Below, in pieces: positions 11,596 to 24,100 of a stretch of 34,670 nt of DNA. Each line of letters begins with the position of its first letter. The first letter of the stretch is position 1. The DNA comes from Proteromonas lacertae. Taxonomy: Eukaryota. Made by a program: the position numbers and the translations under genes. The stretch is from contig NGBS01000593.1 of NCBI GenBank assembly GCA_002245135.1, positions 124,001-158,670 of the forward strand. The letters run 5' to 3'. A model generated the notes under the pieces. The model saw nothing but the letters and a program-made list of their open reading frames with translations, did not search any database and was not told where the DNA came from.

Positions 11596-12351
11596 AATAA
11601 AGTTATACAGTTAAAGCTCTTTCACTCATGGATATTGAGACAGGTAATAAATCTGTTAATACTGTCATTGAGTTTGGAATATTGACAACTTTCTCATAAT
11701 GAAGAATCTTAGTGATGAAATTACGTGGATTTAAATCATCAGAAATTGGCATTCTTAAACGTAATAACAAAGAATTGGAATATTCTTTAATGAACTATAG
11801 AAAATTTAAAACATTATTGATTATATATATATATATATATATATACAGGTTGAACACCAGCCTTAGTCTTTGAATAGAATGATCCAAAGAAGTTTGGCTC
11901 ATCTTCTTCAGTAAATCCTTTTCCAGAATGCATTGGATGCTTTTCATCATATTCATAAATACATCCTGTGAAGAATGTAGTGATATGAATATTTCTCAAC
12001 CAACATAAATCGATTAATGATAAAGTTCCCATTACATTCACACGAATGACTTCTTCCTTGTGATCTTCACACCAATCTACATTTGGACGACCAGTCTATT
12101 TCATATATTGTTAAAATAATAATTGATTTATACTAAACCAGCAGCATTTAAAACACGAGTTGGTTTAACTTCATCTAATTCTCTTGCCACATCTTCTCTA
12201 TTTTCTATTCTAGAATTAGCACAAACGACATCTTTTCCTTGTTGTTTCAATAAATCAACCAACATACCACCTATCCATCCTGTTTTACCACCAAATACAA
12301 GGTACTTTTCTGGCTATTCATAATATGCAATAATAATTTTATCTATACCAT
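11300..12351 (-). CDS. UER1: Bifunctional NDP-4-keto-6-deoxyglucose 3,5-epimerase/4-reductase (NRS/ER, L-rhamnose synthesis)
   Basis: The first coding exon is ATG only. Introns: 12314-12348, 12096-12133, 11795-11846, 11558-11608. Motifs: KYLVFGGKTGWIGG, NAAGLTGRPNVDWCEDHK, TGCIYEYD, PNFFGSFYSKTK, LRLRMPISDDL, GIYNFTNPG, RSNNELD. TAA at 11300-11302. Confidence 0.9.
11559..11590. repeat. (TA)n microsatellite in intron 4 of the rhamnose gene
   Basis: Uninterrupted tatata run that lengthens this intron to 51 nt. Confidence 0.9.
11822..11845. repeat. (TA)n microsatellite in intron 3 of the rhamnose gene
   Basis: tatata run directly after the GT donor; this intron is 52 nt. Confidence 0.9.
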
Positions 12352-12471
12352 TGTAGATTAAGAAAACTAAAAAAGAAGTGAAAAGAGAATTTTTATTTAG
12401 CGAATCTTTCTCAAACTTTAGTGAAACGAATTTTCTTGAAACGAGTAGTAATTTAGAAATCATTCAATCTC

Positions 12472-15089
12472 ATGAATTTTGAAAGCGAAGGAGAAGAAAA
12501 ATCAGGAACAGAATCAGATAATTCTGACGATGAAATTGAACTATTCGGAAGAACATATGGTGATATAAAGTCAATAACTAAATCTAAGAAGAAAAAACCA
12601 AAAGTTCAAAGAGGAGTGAAACATAAACTACCTAAAGACTTAGAAGCTAATCTTAAAAAAGCAGAAATGCTTTACATTCAAAATGACATGACACATGTAT
12701 TCCTCGGAACTATTATAAATATATTAGGCTAAAGAAATATTGACTGAATTGATAAAATTAGTACCAAGTTATCCATCACCTTACGTTTCTCTGAGTTTGA
12801 TAGAAGAGAGAATGGGAAACATCAAAGAAAGTCAAGAATTGATCTATATGGCTGCAAAATTATCAAAGAAGGACATAAATCTTTGGAATCAAGTATATGC
12901 AGCTGCAAGAATGAACAACAATGTTGATAGATTGATAGAATCACTTACAGTGATAACTCAACTTGATACAAAAGATATTGAGAGTATGTTTGTCTTATCA
13001 AAGATGTTATTTGAGAAGAATCAATTTAAAAAAGCAGGAGATCAATATCACAAAATATTACAGTATTCCCCAGGAAATACATATGCTATATACTCCTGTA
13101 CTGAAAGTTATAAAAAGTGCAACAAAGTGAATGAAGCAATAAAAGTGATTGAAGAAAACAAAACGGCTATACTTTTACAATTAAAAGACACTTATGAGAA
13201 TGATAAAGACGATTTGACGAACGAATCCAAACGAACTGACATATTGACAATAATTAAAATATTTTGTGAATTGTATCTTGACAGTAACAAATATAATGAA
13301 ATAATTCAAACAATTGAGGAGTGTAGTCAGTATAATAGCAGTTCACCACTTCCATTAGATTTAGCTATATTATATGGAATATCAAAATTGTATCTAAAAG
13401 AAGAAGAAGAAGCTGAAAATTGTTTTAATTTGTTATTTCAACAACCAATAGAAATGAATGGTGATAGTTATTTAAAAGTAGCCGTTACATATTTTACATT
13501 AGGGAAAATCAATAAAGCATTATCTATCTTAGAAAGACTTGTTTATATAAATAACTTTAATAATTCTGAAGTTTGGATCATTTTAGCAAAGTGTTATGAA
13601 ATAACAAATAATGTTGAAAAATCGATTGAATATTATTTGAAATTGTTAAATGGGAATAGTAAATATGATATATCGTGTTTGCATATGAAATTATCTACAC
13701 TTTATGCTAGAATTAATGATAAAGAACAAGTATAAATTATAAATTATTACTTTATTATTTTCATAGTCTGAATTACATGAATCTTTAGTTGATAAAACAA
13801 AGCTTCCAGCTATAAAATGGATGAATATATTATCAGAAAAAGATGTATAATTATAGTTATATAATAATTATTATATATAAATAATAGTTTGAGCTTGAGG
13901 TAAATCAAAAAATGACTGCCTTTATCAATATATTAAATGATTACAAACTCCAAAATCGTTGGGATGAATATGTAGATTTATCACTCGCTTTAATAAGAGG
14001 TTCTTCAATGAAATATGATTATATTAAAGAATATCAGACCAATCAAATCACTCCATATTCTCAAGATTTATTAACTGCTTATTCTGTAGGTAAAGCGATT
14101 AATATTGGAACTATAATGGGTGAAACAAATTATATTGAGTTAGTTGAAACTGTTTATAATAAATTGTATGAAAAAGGTGAATTGAAAACATGTTGTGATA
14201 TTATTAATATTACGTTAAAAACATATTCAGTATTATATATTCTTTGTTATTTTGTTTAATAGTTTACTGATAGTGAAGCCTATTATCGATTTCAATGTAA
14301 ATTAATTCATGTATCAATCGCTACAGGAATGTATAAACTAGCCAATACAATAATGAGAGATATTTTACCACGTAATAAAGATAGTTATGGATTTTGGTCT
14401 TTGTTTAGATTCATATTTAGTCGTTTAAGACAAGATCCAAAATATATGGTAAGATTATTAAATTCATTTCCATTAAAGTATATAAAATCATTATATTGTA
14501 TTATAATAGTATAAATATTATTACATTTGTTGCTGGTTTGTCTATCAATTTGATCAATAGAGATAATGCTTTAGGTGAATTCTTTACTGCTTATAGATTA
14601 AAACCATTAGATCCTATATTGAGTTTACATATTGGAATTACTTATTTAGCATTAGTTAACCATCGAAAAATAATTGATAGGAATGAGATTATACTCAAAG
14701 CTATTCTGTTTATAACAAAATACTCAAAGTTAAGATTTCCATATGAATTGATCAATAGTAATGAAATATACAAATCAGATAATCAATATGAAAAGAGTAA
14801 TACAAATAATAGTTATTATATACCATTAGTTGTGAAAGAATTAGAAATATATTATAATTTAGGAAGGTTATATCATCAATTACATCGATTTACTTGGGCT
14901 ATTCATCATTATAAATCGTTGTTGTATGTATATGATAAGATAGTAGAAGCAAATGATCCAAAAATAATAGAATATTGTAATAGAATTGGAATTCATAGAT
15001 ATGCTGCTTATAATTTGTGTTTAATATTGAAACATAATAATGAGACGAATTTAATTAGGTATTATAGAAAGAAATACTTGACATTATAA
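12472..15089 (+). CDS. GTF3C3: TFIIIC TPR subunit (Tfc4/TFIIIC102)
   Basis: Introns: 12697-12727, 13730-13766, 13845-13887, 14230-14262, 14478-14509. Acidic/basic N-terminus, a TPR array (ELIKLVPSYPSPYVSLSLIEE...YMAAKL), and a Tfc4-like C-terminus (EIYYNLGRLYHQL...AIHHY...AAYNLCLI...KKYLTL). Confidence 0.8.
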
Positions 15090-15247
15090 ATATTATGTGT
15101 ATAATTTGTTTTTTGTTTTTTGTAAGGATATAAAAAGAAATTAAAAACTCTTTATTCTAAACCACTATTTTTCCTTTAAACCAAAACACACAATTATTAA
15201 ATATATAATCTTAAAAGTAATCATATAAAAAAGAAAAAAAAGTATTC

Positions 15248-18200
15248 TTATACAGATATATATTCTTCAATATCTTCTTCTTCTTCCTCATCAGAATTGG
15301 CTTTCAAAGTCATCTCAAGTAAACTGTATAACTTCTCAAATTTAGCTTTCTTTGTCTTAATCTGTTTAGTCTTATTGATATATTGTTTCTTGAAATCTTC
15401 AGATAATCTCTTAACTTTTTCACTTGAAGTTAATTTCAATTCGTTCAACTCCTCTAATTGTTTTTTATAACTCTCAGTAATTGCCTCATACTCATAAGCA
15501 ACATTTGATACAGCTTTCATCTTTAATTTCAACTCTTTTTTATACTTATTCTTTACTTCGTTTACTTCATTCATTATTTTCTTCATGTTTTTCATAACCT
15601 CTTGATATTGTCCTTCATAAGAATTTAAACTAATAAATAAATAAATAATTAAAATTATATACTTTTCAGCTTTCATATTAAGCATATTTATAATCTTCTC
15701 ACATTCCCTATTAAATTGTTGAGTTAATGATTGTTTAATGGTTTGTATTGACTTTTTCTTCTTCTTATCTTCTTTCATCATTATTTCACTTAATAGTTTG
15801 TTCATTATTGAATAATCTTCATCATCATCATCATTATCATTTTCATCATTATCATATTCTAAACCTTCATTTTTTCTCTTCATTCTTTTATTATTATTAG
15901 CGTTTCTACCTCTTGTTGTTGTTGTAGTTGTTGGAAATCTTCTTTTCATTGACATTTCTTTTTCTTCTTCCTCTTCTTCATCATTCTCTTTTAATTCAGC
16001 TGTTTTTCTTGGCTTGAGGTTTCTTCTTTTAGAATTTATTGGTTTCTTGGTACTTGGACTATCATTACAATCAGAATCTATCAATTTTCTATTCAATAAT
16101 AATATTAATTTAAATATACTCTAATTCAGATAATGGAGTGATTTTGTGATGATTATTACTGATAATATTGGCAGTAATAGGCTTCTTGAATTGATTTTTA
16201 TCATTATCATCATCTACAAGTGGTGAAATACATTCTTCTTCATTATCTTTCTTATTTCCATTAATATTTCTTTTCATTGGTTGTTTCTTATTGTTCTTTA
16301 CTCTCTTTGGTGATTCATAATCATCACTATCATCATCGTCTATTACTACTTCATCTTCATCATCTGATAATAATAATGAAAAGTTCTTTTTGGCTTGAGA
16401 TGCTGGAATTAATGGAGTTGGTCTTAGAATAATTATATATAATGAATATACTTTGGTTTAGGTTTAACTGGAGATTCATTATTGCTTTCATTTTCTTTAT
16501 TCCTATTGAAATCATAACAACGTTTAATTAATACATCTTTCTAGTTTCAATCTTTGATAATTCAATGAATGTTTTCTTAGTGAGTTTCTCTTTTAACTTT
16601 CTCTTTCGATCATTCTCTTGATTTACTCTTCTAGCAGTTGTTCTCTTTGTAGTTTGAACCTTTTCTTCTTCTTCTCTTTGTGACTTTTTCTTTAATTTGT
16701 AATCATTCTTTGGAGTATATAATTTTCTTGTTTTCCTACTGTAATAAAATTAAAATGAAATGTATAAAACCTTTTAATATCTGCTTTCTTGGGTGAAGTA
16801 GGAAAATTAAATTGATAATCTGTTTTGGGTTTTTCACTATAATAATATTATTATATAAAATAATATAAATACATTATTTCTTCATCTTTTTCAGTCTCAT
16901 TTCCATTATCGAATATATCATCCATTATTTCCTTGAACTTCTTTTCATCATCTTTTTCATTATTATTATTATTATTGATTGGACTATCCAATATTAATCT
17001 CTTTGGTGAATCTATCTTTGTACTATTTGTAATATTTAATCTTCTAAATTTGGGTGATTCTACTAAAATATTAGGTTCAGGAGTTGCATATTCATTATTA
17101 TTTTGAATTGGTAATGTAACAGCAGTAGATGATGATGAAGATGATGGAGGTGGAGTTTGAGGTAATTGTGAATCAGGAATAACAAGTAAATCATCATTCT
17201 CTTTTACTTTTACTTCTTCTTTTCCTTTATTGTTTATAGTAATATGTAATTTTGGTACTACACTACTCTTTGTATATTTCATTGATTTATCTGGAGATAT
17301 TTCACCTTCATTATTACTTCTACTCTCTAATAATGGCAATTCAGTTTCTTCTATTGTAGATGGAACTACATTGATCATTTTAACACTAATCTTTTGAGAT
17401 AATACAGTTTTCACTTTGCTGAATATCTCTTTATCAGGAACTATATACATATAATAATGAATAAATAATATACACTCAAATCTAACACAGAAGCTGCTAC
17501 TCTTATCATTCTTTGATCTATTATACAAGCTTTCATATATGATATTGTTTGCAGGAATGACTTGATTCTTTACTGTGATTCTGAGAGAGTTGGCTCTTTC
17601 AATACATTCCACTCGATTAACATTCTTGTAAGATAATGACAATATACCAATACTGGCTGTCATCTCATCATCATATACAAAACAAGTAACAGAGTCTTTG
17701 CCTAAATCTAACCAATTCACAGTACCTATTAAGTACTCATCGGATTTTGTGACAACATGAACTGTATGAAGAATTACACTGACAATTTTGGATTTTCTAT
17801 AGTTATAAAAATAGATTATAATTAATATATACTTTTTGTTCACTCTATTCAATAGAATTCTGGATTCTTCTCTAAATGAGGATGGTTCTATCTTTTTCAA
17901 ATTCTTTACAACCTAAATAGATGTGAGATAATGATAATTTGGTACATTTTCATCCTGTATCTCGTTGATTATGGTATTAACCTTGCTTTGATATCTCTCA
18001 TAATCTGAATGGATAAACAATCTGTAAATTATCTCTAAACATGAACATTGTAATGGAAAATCTAAAATATAATCATAATACACATACCAGTATAATTCAA
18101 CAAATTTCTCGCGATTTCTTTGAATTGAATCACTGTAGAGTACTTTTTAAAAATATTCTCAAGACTTCCATCTATGAATATAGAAAGACATGTGATAATC

Positions 18201-18761
18201 TCTCTTTTAACCTCAATATCCTATATAGCTGATAATATTTTATTCATACTTCTTCTTTAGTACAATCTCTTGCTATAGTATCTAAAAACTGAGCAGCTAT
18301 TAAGTCTCTTAACTCATCTTTGTTATGTTTGAAGGCAGAATCCTCTTCTTCACAGTCAATCTATTAATTTATACTACTATAAACATACTATTTCTGTAAT
18401 TGAGATAAAAAAGTCTATCTTTTGGCTCTTTTCGAAATTTTCGTTCAATCTTAGAGCTGAATAAATCTACAAATATTAAACATTTTTATATAGCTTATAC
18501 ATCATAAAGAATCTTTATAATATCATTCTTTACCAAAAATTGAACATTAGATTGTTCTGAGACAATTGAAACAATTATTTTCACAACACACATCATCACG
18601 CAAATGTCTCCATTACTAATAGACTGCTTAGAAACTGAAAATAATGACTCCTTAGCTTTTTCATCTACTATCAACTTATTTTCTTCTTCGTTCAGGGTTT
18701 TTACAGTTTCAAGCATCTTATCTGATGGAAAGGAAAGTATTTTAGAGATGGATAATTCCAT
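15248..18761 (-). CDS. SYCP2/Red1/ASY3-like meiotic chromosome axis protein (ARM-like + PH-like N-terminus, disordered middle, C-terminal coiled coil)
   Basis: Thirteen introns give one frame: 18467-18500, 18361-18388, 18221-18249, 18062-18087, 17913-17945, 17797-17832, 17441-17473, 16837-16872, 16739-16770, 16503-16534, 16423-16451, 16089-16119, 15630-15662. The motifs LLNYTDFPLQCSCLEIIYRL, LKKIEPSSFREESRILLNRVN and WLDLGKDSVTCFV resemble recalled SYCP2 segments. Confidence is higher for the gene model than for the family call. Confidence 0.72.
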
Positions 18762-18803
18762 TTAAAGGAGTTTTTAAATGAAGCAAATTTGAATCCTTTA
18801 AAA

Positions 18804-18813
18804 TCGCGCCAAA
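18804..18813 (-). promoter_or_regulatory. E2F-like site TTTGGCGCGA about 43 nt upstream of the SYCP2-like ATG
   Basis: Matches the TTTSSCGC consensus within a 130-nt AT-rich intergenic gap. A TTTGAA (CHR-like) hexamer lies at 18788-18793. Confidence 0.4.
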
Positions 18814-18891
18814 GTATTTTTTGCATTTTTGAAAAGATTACATACTTATATACACCTTATTAAATAATAAACATAATTAAAATTACTCTAT

Positions 18892-19733
18892 TTACCATTT
18901 CTTTGTAAAAGCTGAAGTTAACTTTACTCCAATATTTCTAACCATCCTATCTGATATAAAATTATCATTTCTTTGAGCTTGATGTTGTGGACATGACACT
19001 GCACGTGGTATTGGTTGCTGCGGTTGATAATTTTGCACAGGTGCTTGAGGATTCATATAAACTACATTTCCATTGGGTGGAGGAGGATGTGGCTGTAGTG
19101 GTGGTTGTATATTTGTTCCATATGGTTGTTGAACGTATATCATTGGTTGCTGTTGTTGTTGAGGAATAGGTTGTTGGGATGGTATATAATTAGGAGGATA
19201 ATAAGGATTTGGTGGAGTAGAAACATTGGAAGAAGGGAAATAAGGATTTGATTGCACTGGATGTGGATTAGAAGGATGGTAATTCATTGAAATAGGCTGA
19301 GGATTTGGATTAGGGTACATACCATTCATTTGTGGTTGTACATATATAATTTGTGGATTAATAGTAGTTGGAGCTGTTGTGTTTGTGTTTAAAATATCCG
19401 GTGATGGAGTAGAATAGGAAATAGAGGAAGATCTATTATTTCTATATAGATTATTATTCAATTCAGATAGAGACAATGCCTCTTGCTTCATTTGCGATTT
19501 TACAATGTCATTTTCCTATACTATCATAGTAATTGTAATACTCTCATAAATTCTACAGAATCATCATGAAAATTTGTAACCTTAATAACATATAATATAA
19601 AAAAAAGTATACATCTTCACATGGAGGAGTTGGTGGTAGATTTGAATATTTTGGATTTATAGTTATATGTATTTTCTATATTTAATTAATATATCCTTAA
19701 TACGTTTTTCACAACCATTATATTATGTTGCAT
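18892..19733 (-). CDS. Hypothetical Pro/Gln/Asn-rich protein
   Basis: ATG at 19733; introns 19676-19703, 19581-19612 and 19516-19541 splice in frame into ORF 18892-19491. Confidence 0.7.
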
Positions 19734-20156
19734 CTTTCTTACTTGAAAAAATGAGAACTGAAACGACTATAAATTTTGAAATATAGTATTTTTAGTTGCA
19801 TTATATTAATTAACATCACATTAAGTGGATATGCTGTGTAATGCAAGTATCATATGGTAAATATTTCATAATATGATTTGTTTCTTATTAAAATTAGAGT
19901 TTAAATAGAAAGCAAAGTTGCTATGATTTTGATTAGCGCTTACACTATTTAAAACAAACAACAACTTCTGAAAGTTTTTATAATGAATGAATTATTGAAA
20001 TTGTAAAAATCCAACTGTATTCAAATATTCGGTTCTATTATGTAGGTTGAATGTGTTAAATTTGGTTTTTTAAAGCGTTTTTCAATCGAAATAAATTAAA
20101 ATAAGTCAAGCTTAATCAAGCCTAGATTTATTTTGATTAATAGTTTCTTACATAGT

Positions 20157-20965
20157 ATGGATAAATCATTGAGTTATGATTTTTTGGAATATATAAAACA
20201 AGATTATGAAGTATGAATTTATAAATATACTTAAACAGGTGCTTGAGTGTCTGAAAGATGAAAGTAAGATATATCGGTATAAGAAAATGTGCAAACTCTA
20301 TAAGACATATGTACATAGAAAAGGTTATTGTCATGGAAATATTGATTATTCAAATATATTTGCTGAAGAAAAACACTTCATTTTATCAGATTATTGTTTA
20401 TATCTATTAGAAGAAGAAGCAGAAAGAAAGAAAAAAGAAGATAATAAAATTGATAATAAAGTAATAAAAAAAAGAGATATGACGAAGAAGAACATGGTGA
20501 TGATGAAAAACCATTGAAAAATGTAAGTTGATTAGATTTATATATGAAAATTTTTGTAAGATTTATGGAGATGTAGATGATGTAGATGATTATTTTGGTA
20601 AACATAATAAGCCAGGAAAGAAGGATGATATTTCTACAATACTACAGAAAATTGAAGGTATTATACTAATAGAATGTAATTAATAGATGCTAAAGAAAAA
20701 GTATTTGATTATTATAATGACAAATATGAATGTCAATCTCCAACAAGTATTATTTGAGTTATTATTTTTAGGTTATTTCTATGAGGTTGATGGTTATAGA
20801 TATTCTGAAGAAGAAAAAAACGATGAAATATATGAAGGTAAATGTAAAATATTATTGTTGAATAAAAAAATAGAAAAATTAAAAGAAGAGAATGAGATGT
20901 TGAAAAGAAGATATGGAGAGGATATAAACATGGATAAGAAAAAGAAAAGAAAGAAATTATTATAA
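20157..20965 (+). pseudogene. Degenerate kinase-like gene (partial pseudokinase plus charged tail), frameshifted
   Basis: Introns: 20211-20238, 20658-20686, 20747-20771. VHRKGYCHGNIDYSNIF...ILSDY corresponds to kinase subdomains VI-VII only. The frame breaks near A-runs at 20466-20521. Confidence 0.5.
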
Positions 20966-21113
20966 ATATTCTTTCATTTATCTGATTGTATTTCTATTGT
21001 TTTGAAATATGTTACATTTATAGCAATATTTTCTAATAACCTAAATTCTTTATTTTTCTTTCATTTTTATATTCAAAAATTCTTAAAACGAATAAATATT
21101 TTGGAACAGAAAA

Positions 21114-24100
21114 ATGATGAATTTAGATGAGATATTTCATTCATTACCTTCTGATGCTAAAGTATATCCATACAATTATTTTTATAGATAAAAGAAAGAA
21201 TAGAGAAAGATAATAATGAAGTAGATTTAGTAATACAGCATAAAAATGATATAAGAACGTTCAAAATGGTAAACATTACTGGAGTAAAAGACAAGAAGAG
21301 ATTAAAATTCTCTGAGAACAACATTTTGTTTTCAGAGTGTTATATTTCTTTCATTTATCCTTACCAAATGTCTCAGTTGTATAATGGTGATGGACTTATG
21401 ATAATATCACGAAAATATTACTGTAGAGACTTAAAAGATATAATAAACAGTAAATCCTTATCAAGAAGTTGTGTTTGTGATGTAACATGTAGTTTATGCA
21501 ATATTATAATGATTATAAGTGAATATGATATAATAGTTGGTAATTTGAAGAGTAGTAACATAGTATATGAAGAAAAAGGTAATGAAATGAAGTTATGTGA
21601 TTTGTTCTTGAATGGAGTGAGAAAAGAAGATGAAATGAAAGTGTATGATGTTTGCTTTAAAAGTCCAGAAGAGTTAAATGGATTAGAATGTAATGATAAA
21701 AGTGTAATTTGGTTAATTGGTTGTATTATGTATGAGATGATAAACAAGAAATTACCATTTAATGAAAATGATAATGTGAATAAAGCAAAAGAGAATATTC
21801 TTAGATCTAAATACAGTTTTAATGAAGAATGTGATGATGAAATGAAAGAAATGATTGATAGAATATTGAAAGTGAAGAGTGAAGATAGAATAAGTTTAAA
21901 AGAGTTGAAGAAAGAAATGATAAAAATGAGTGAATTATTGAGAGATGAAGAAAATCATTTAATGATATGTCTAGAAAGAAAAGAAATATTATATAAAAAT
22001 GATTATATGATTGAAGTATCAACATTTATTATTCAATCAGAGTATTATCTCCATAATAATAAATATGAAACAATTAGAGATAAAATGATAGAATCTTACA
22101 ACAAACAACCTAATGAAAGAACATTAGCAATTTTATTGATTATGAAATTATACAAAGAAGATTTTTATCATCATGTAATAAAAGAAAAACTAAAATATCA
22201 AATACATCACCAATGTGAAGAAGGAAAAGAATGTTGTTTAGATGAAATGATATGCAATATATATATTGATTATTGTAATAAAGAAATAATCGACATTTAT
22301 TCGAGTTGTATATGCTTTTGTGAAGTAGGAATTAATTATTTATTTAGAATATTTAAATTAATTAATCCCTCACAAATCAGGTTTTGTATAGTTTCATTCG
22401 TATATTTATTTAGGCAATGCTTGTGCCTCAGTACATTATCAGTCATTATTTGGATCATTATTTTCTAAATTATCAAATTTACAAGAATTATATTTATCAT
22501 ATTGTAATTTTAACTTTTATTTTATTGAATCGTTCGTTCAATTAATTCCATATATGAAATTAAGGCATATAGATTTTCATAGTATTTAATAATCTATATT
22601 TTTTTGTTATAGGTAATCCAATTTGTCCAAAAGGGTTCAGATTGTTATTACCATATTTAAACTTATTAATCAACAAAGATAATGAATTGGATTTGAGATT
22701 AATGAATTTGAATGATGAATCAATGATATTATTATCAGAAGAATTATATAAATATTCAAATGTTCAGATAATAGATATAAGAGACAATAAAAATATTCAT
22801 TCAAAAGGATTAAAAACATTGTTTCCCAAAATCCTATCTGTATTATTTTATTATGACTTCAACAAGAGTAAAGAGTTGCTTATTGATAATGATATTCCAG
22901 AATTATTCAAAACTAATAGTTGTAATTATAATTTAAGTTTTAGCAGTTGTGAAATTGATGATGATTTTTTCAAATCATTCATATCATTAAGATTAAATGA
23001 ATTAAGAAAAATATGCAGATTAGATTTGAGTAGTACAATTAATCTATTTGTTATTTTATAGACAATAAACTAACATACAAAAGCATAGAATTGCTAATTA
23101 GAAATTTATCATCATTTGCAAATCTTAAATATCTTGAATTGTATGGAAATGAAATAGGAGATGAAGGAATGAGAATGTTATCTCCATATATCGAGTATCT
23201 ACAGTGGTTTAATGAACTTGATGATGATAAGCTTGATGAGATTATCTTATATAATTGTTTCAGTATAGTTATTATTATGAAGTATTGAATAGAAATGGGA
23301 TTATCTTTGATTGGACTGAAATATTTATTAGATGGGTTAAAAAATATTGATGACAGGATTTGGATTTATATTCATGATAACTATATCAATTCAAGCGGTA
23401 TAGAGTATTTGATGAATTATATAAAAGATAATACTAATATAGAAAAGTTGATCATATATAGTATACTTCATTTTTGAATCACAATAGATAATGCAATAGG
23501 TAATGATGGGTTTAAATTGCTAATAGATAATTGGAAAATGTTTAATGAAGATGCTGTCATTGATATGAGGAATATTTTAATAGATGATGAAAGTGTAATG
23601 TTATTAGCAAATACAGTAGATTCAATAAAAGAATGAGAACTGTTGATTTAAGCGGAAATAATATCAGAATGAATGGATTAAAATCAATTTGTTCAAAATC
23701 ATTAGAAAATGATAATTATCCATTTATAAAAATGAACTGTTCATCATGGACATATGAAGAATTGGAGTATTATTTGGATTATTGTATTAAAAAGAAGAGG
23801 AAAGATTGTTATGATTTATCAAGTATATATCTATGTTTATAATGAAATAGATTTAAATATCAATGATTCACATATTTCATTAATTAATCAGATTGATTTT
23901 TATAAATTTGATTTATCCAATAATAGAATCACTTCAAAAGGATTAAAAGAATTAACTGATTCATTACCAAAAGATGTAAGGTATATATCAATATTTGATA
24001 ATCCAATTGGAGATGAAGGAATAGAGATAGTATGTAAACATTTAAAAATATTTGTTGATTATCCTCCATTTCTAAATATATCAAGTATTTAATATATTAT

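Noticed and set aside
19796..19846. Imperfect hairpin TTGCATTA...TAATGCAA
   Set aside because: An 8-10 bp AT-rich stem is expected by chance, and it has no RNA family hallmarks.
19953..19960. Exact TGTTTGTT on the minus strand
   Set aside because: No credible minus-strand gene ends there; ORF 20137-20334 is an antisense shadow.
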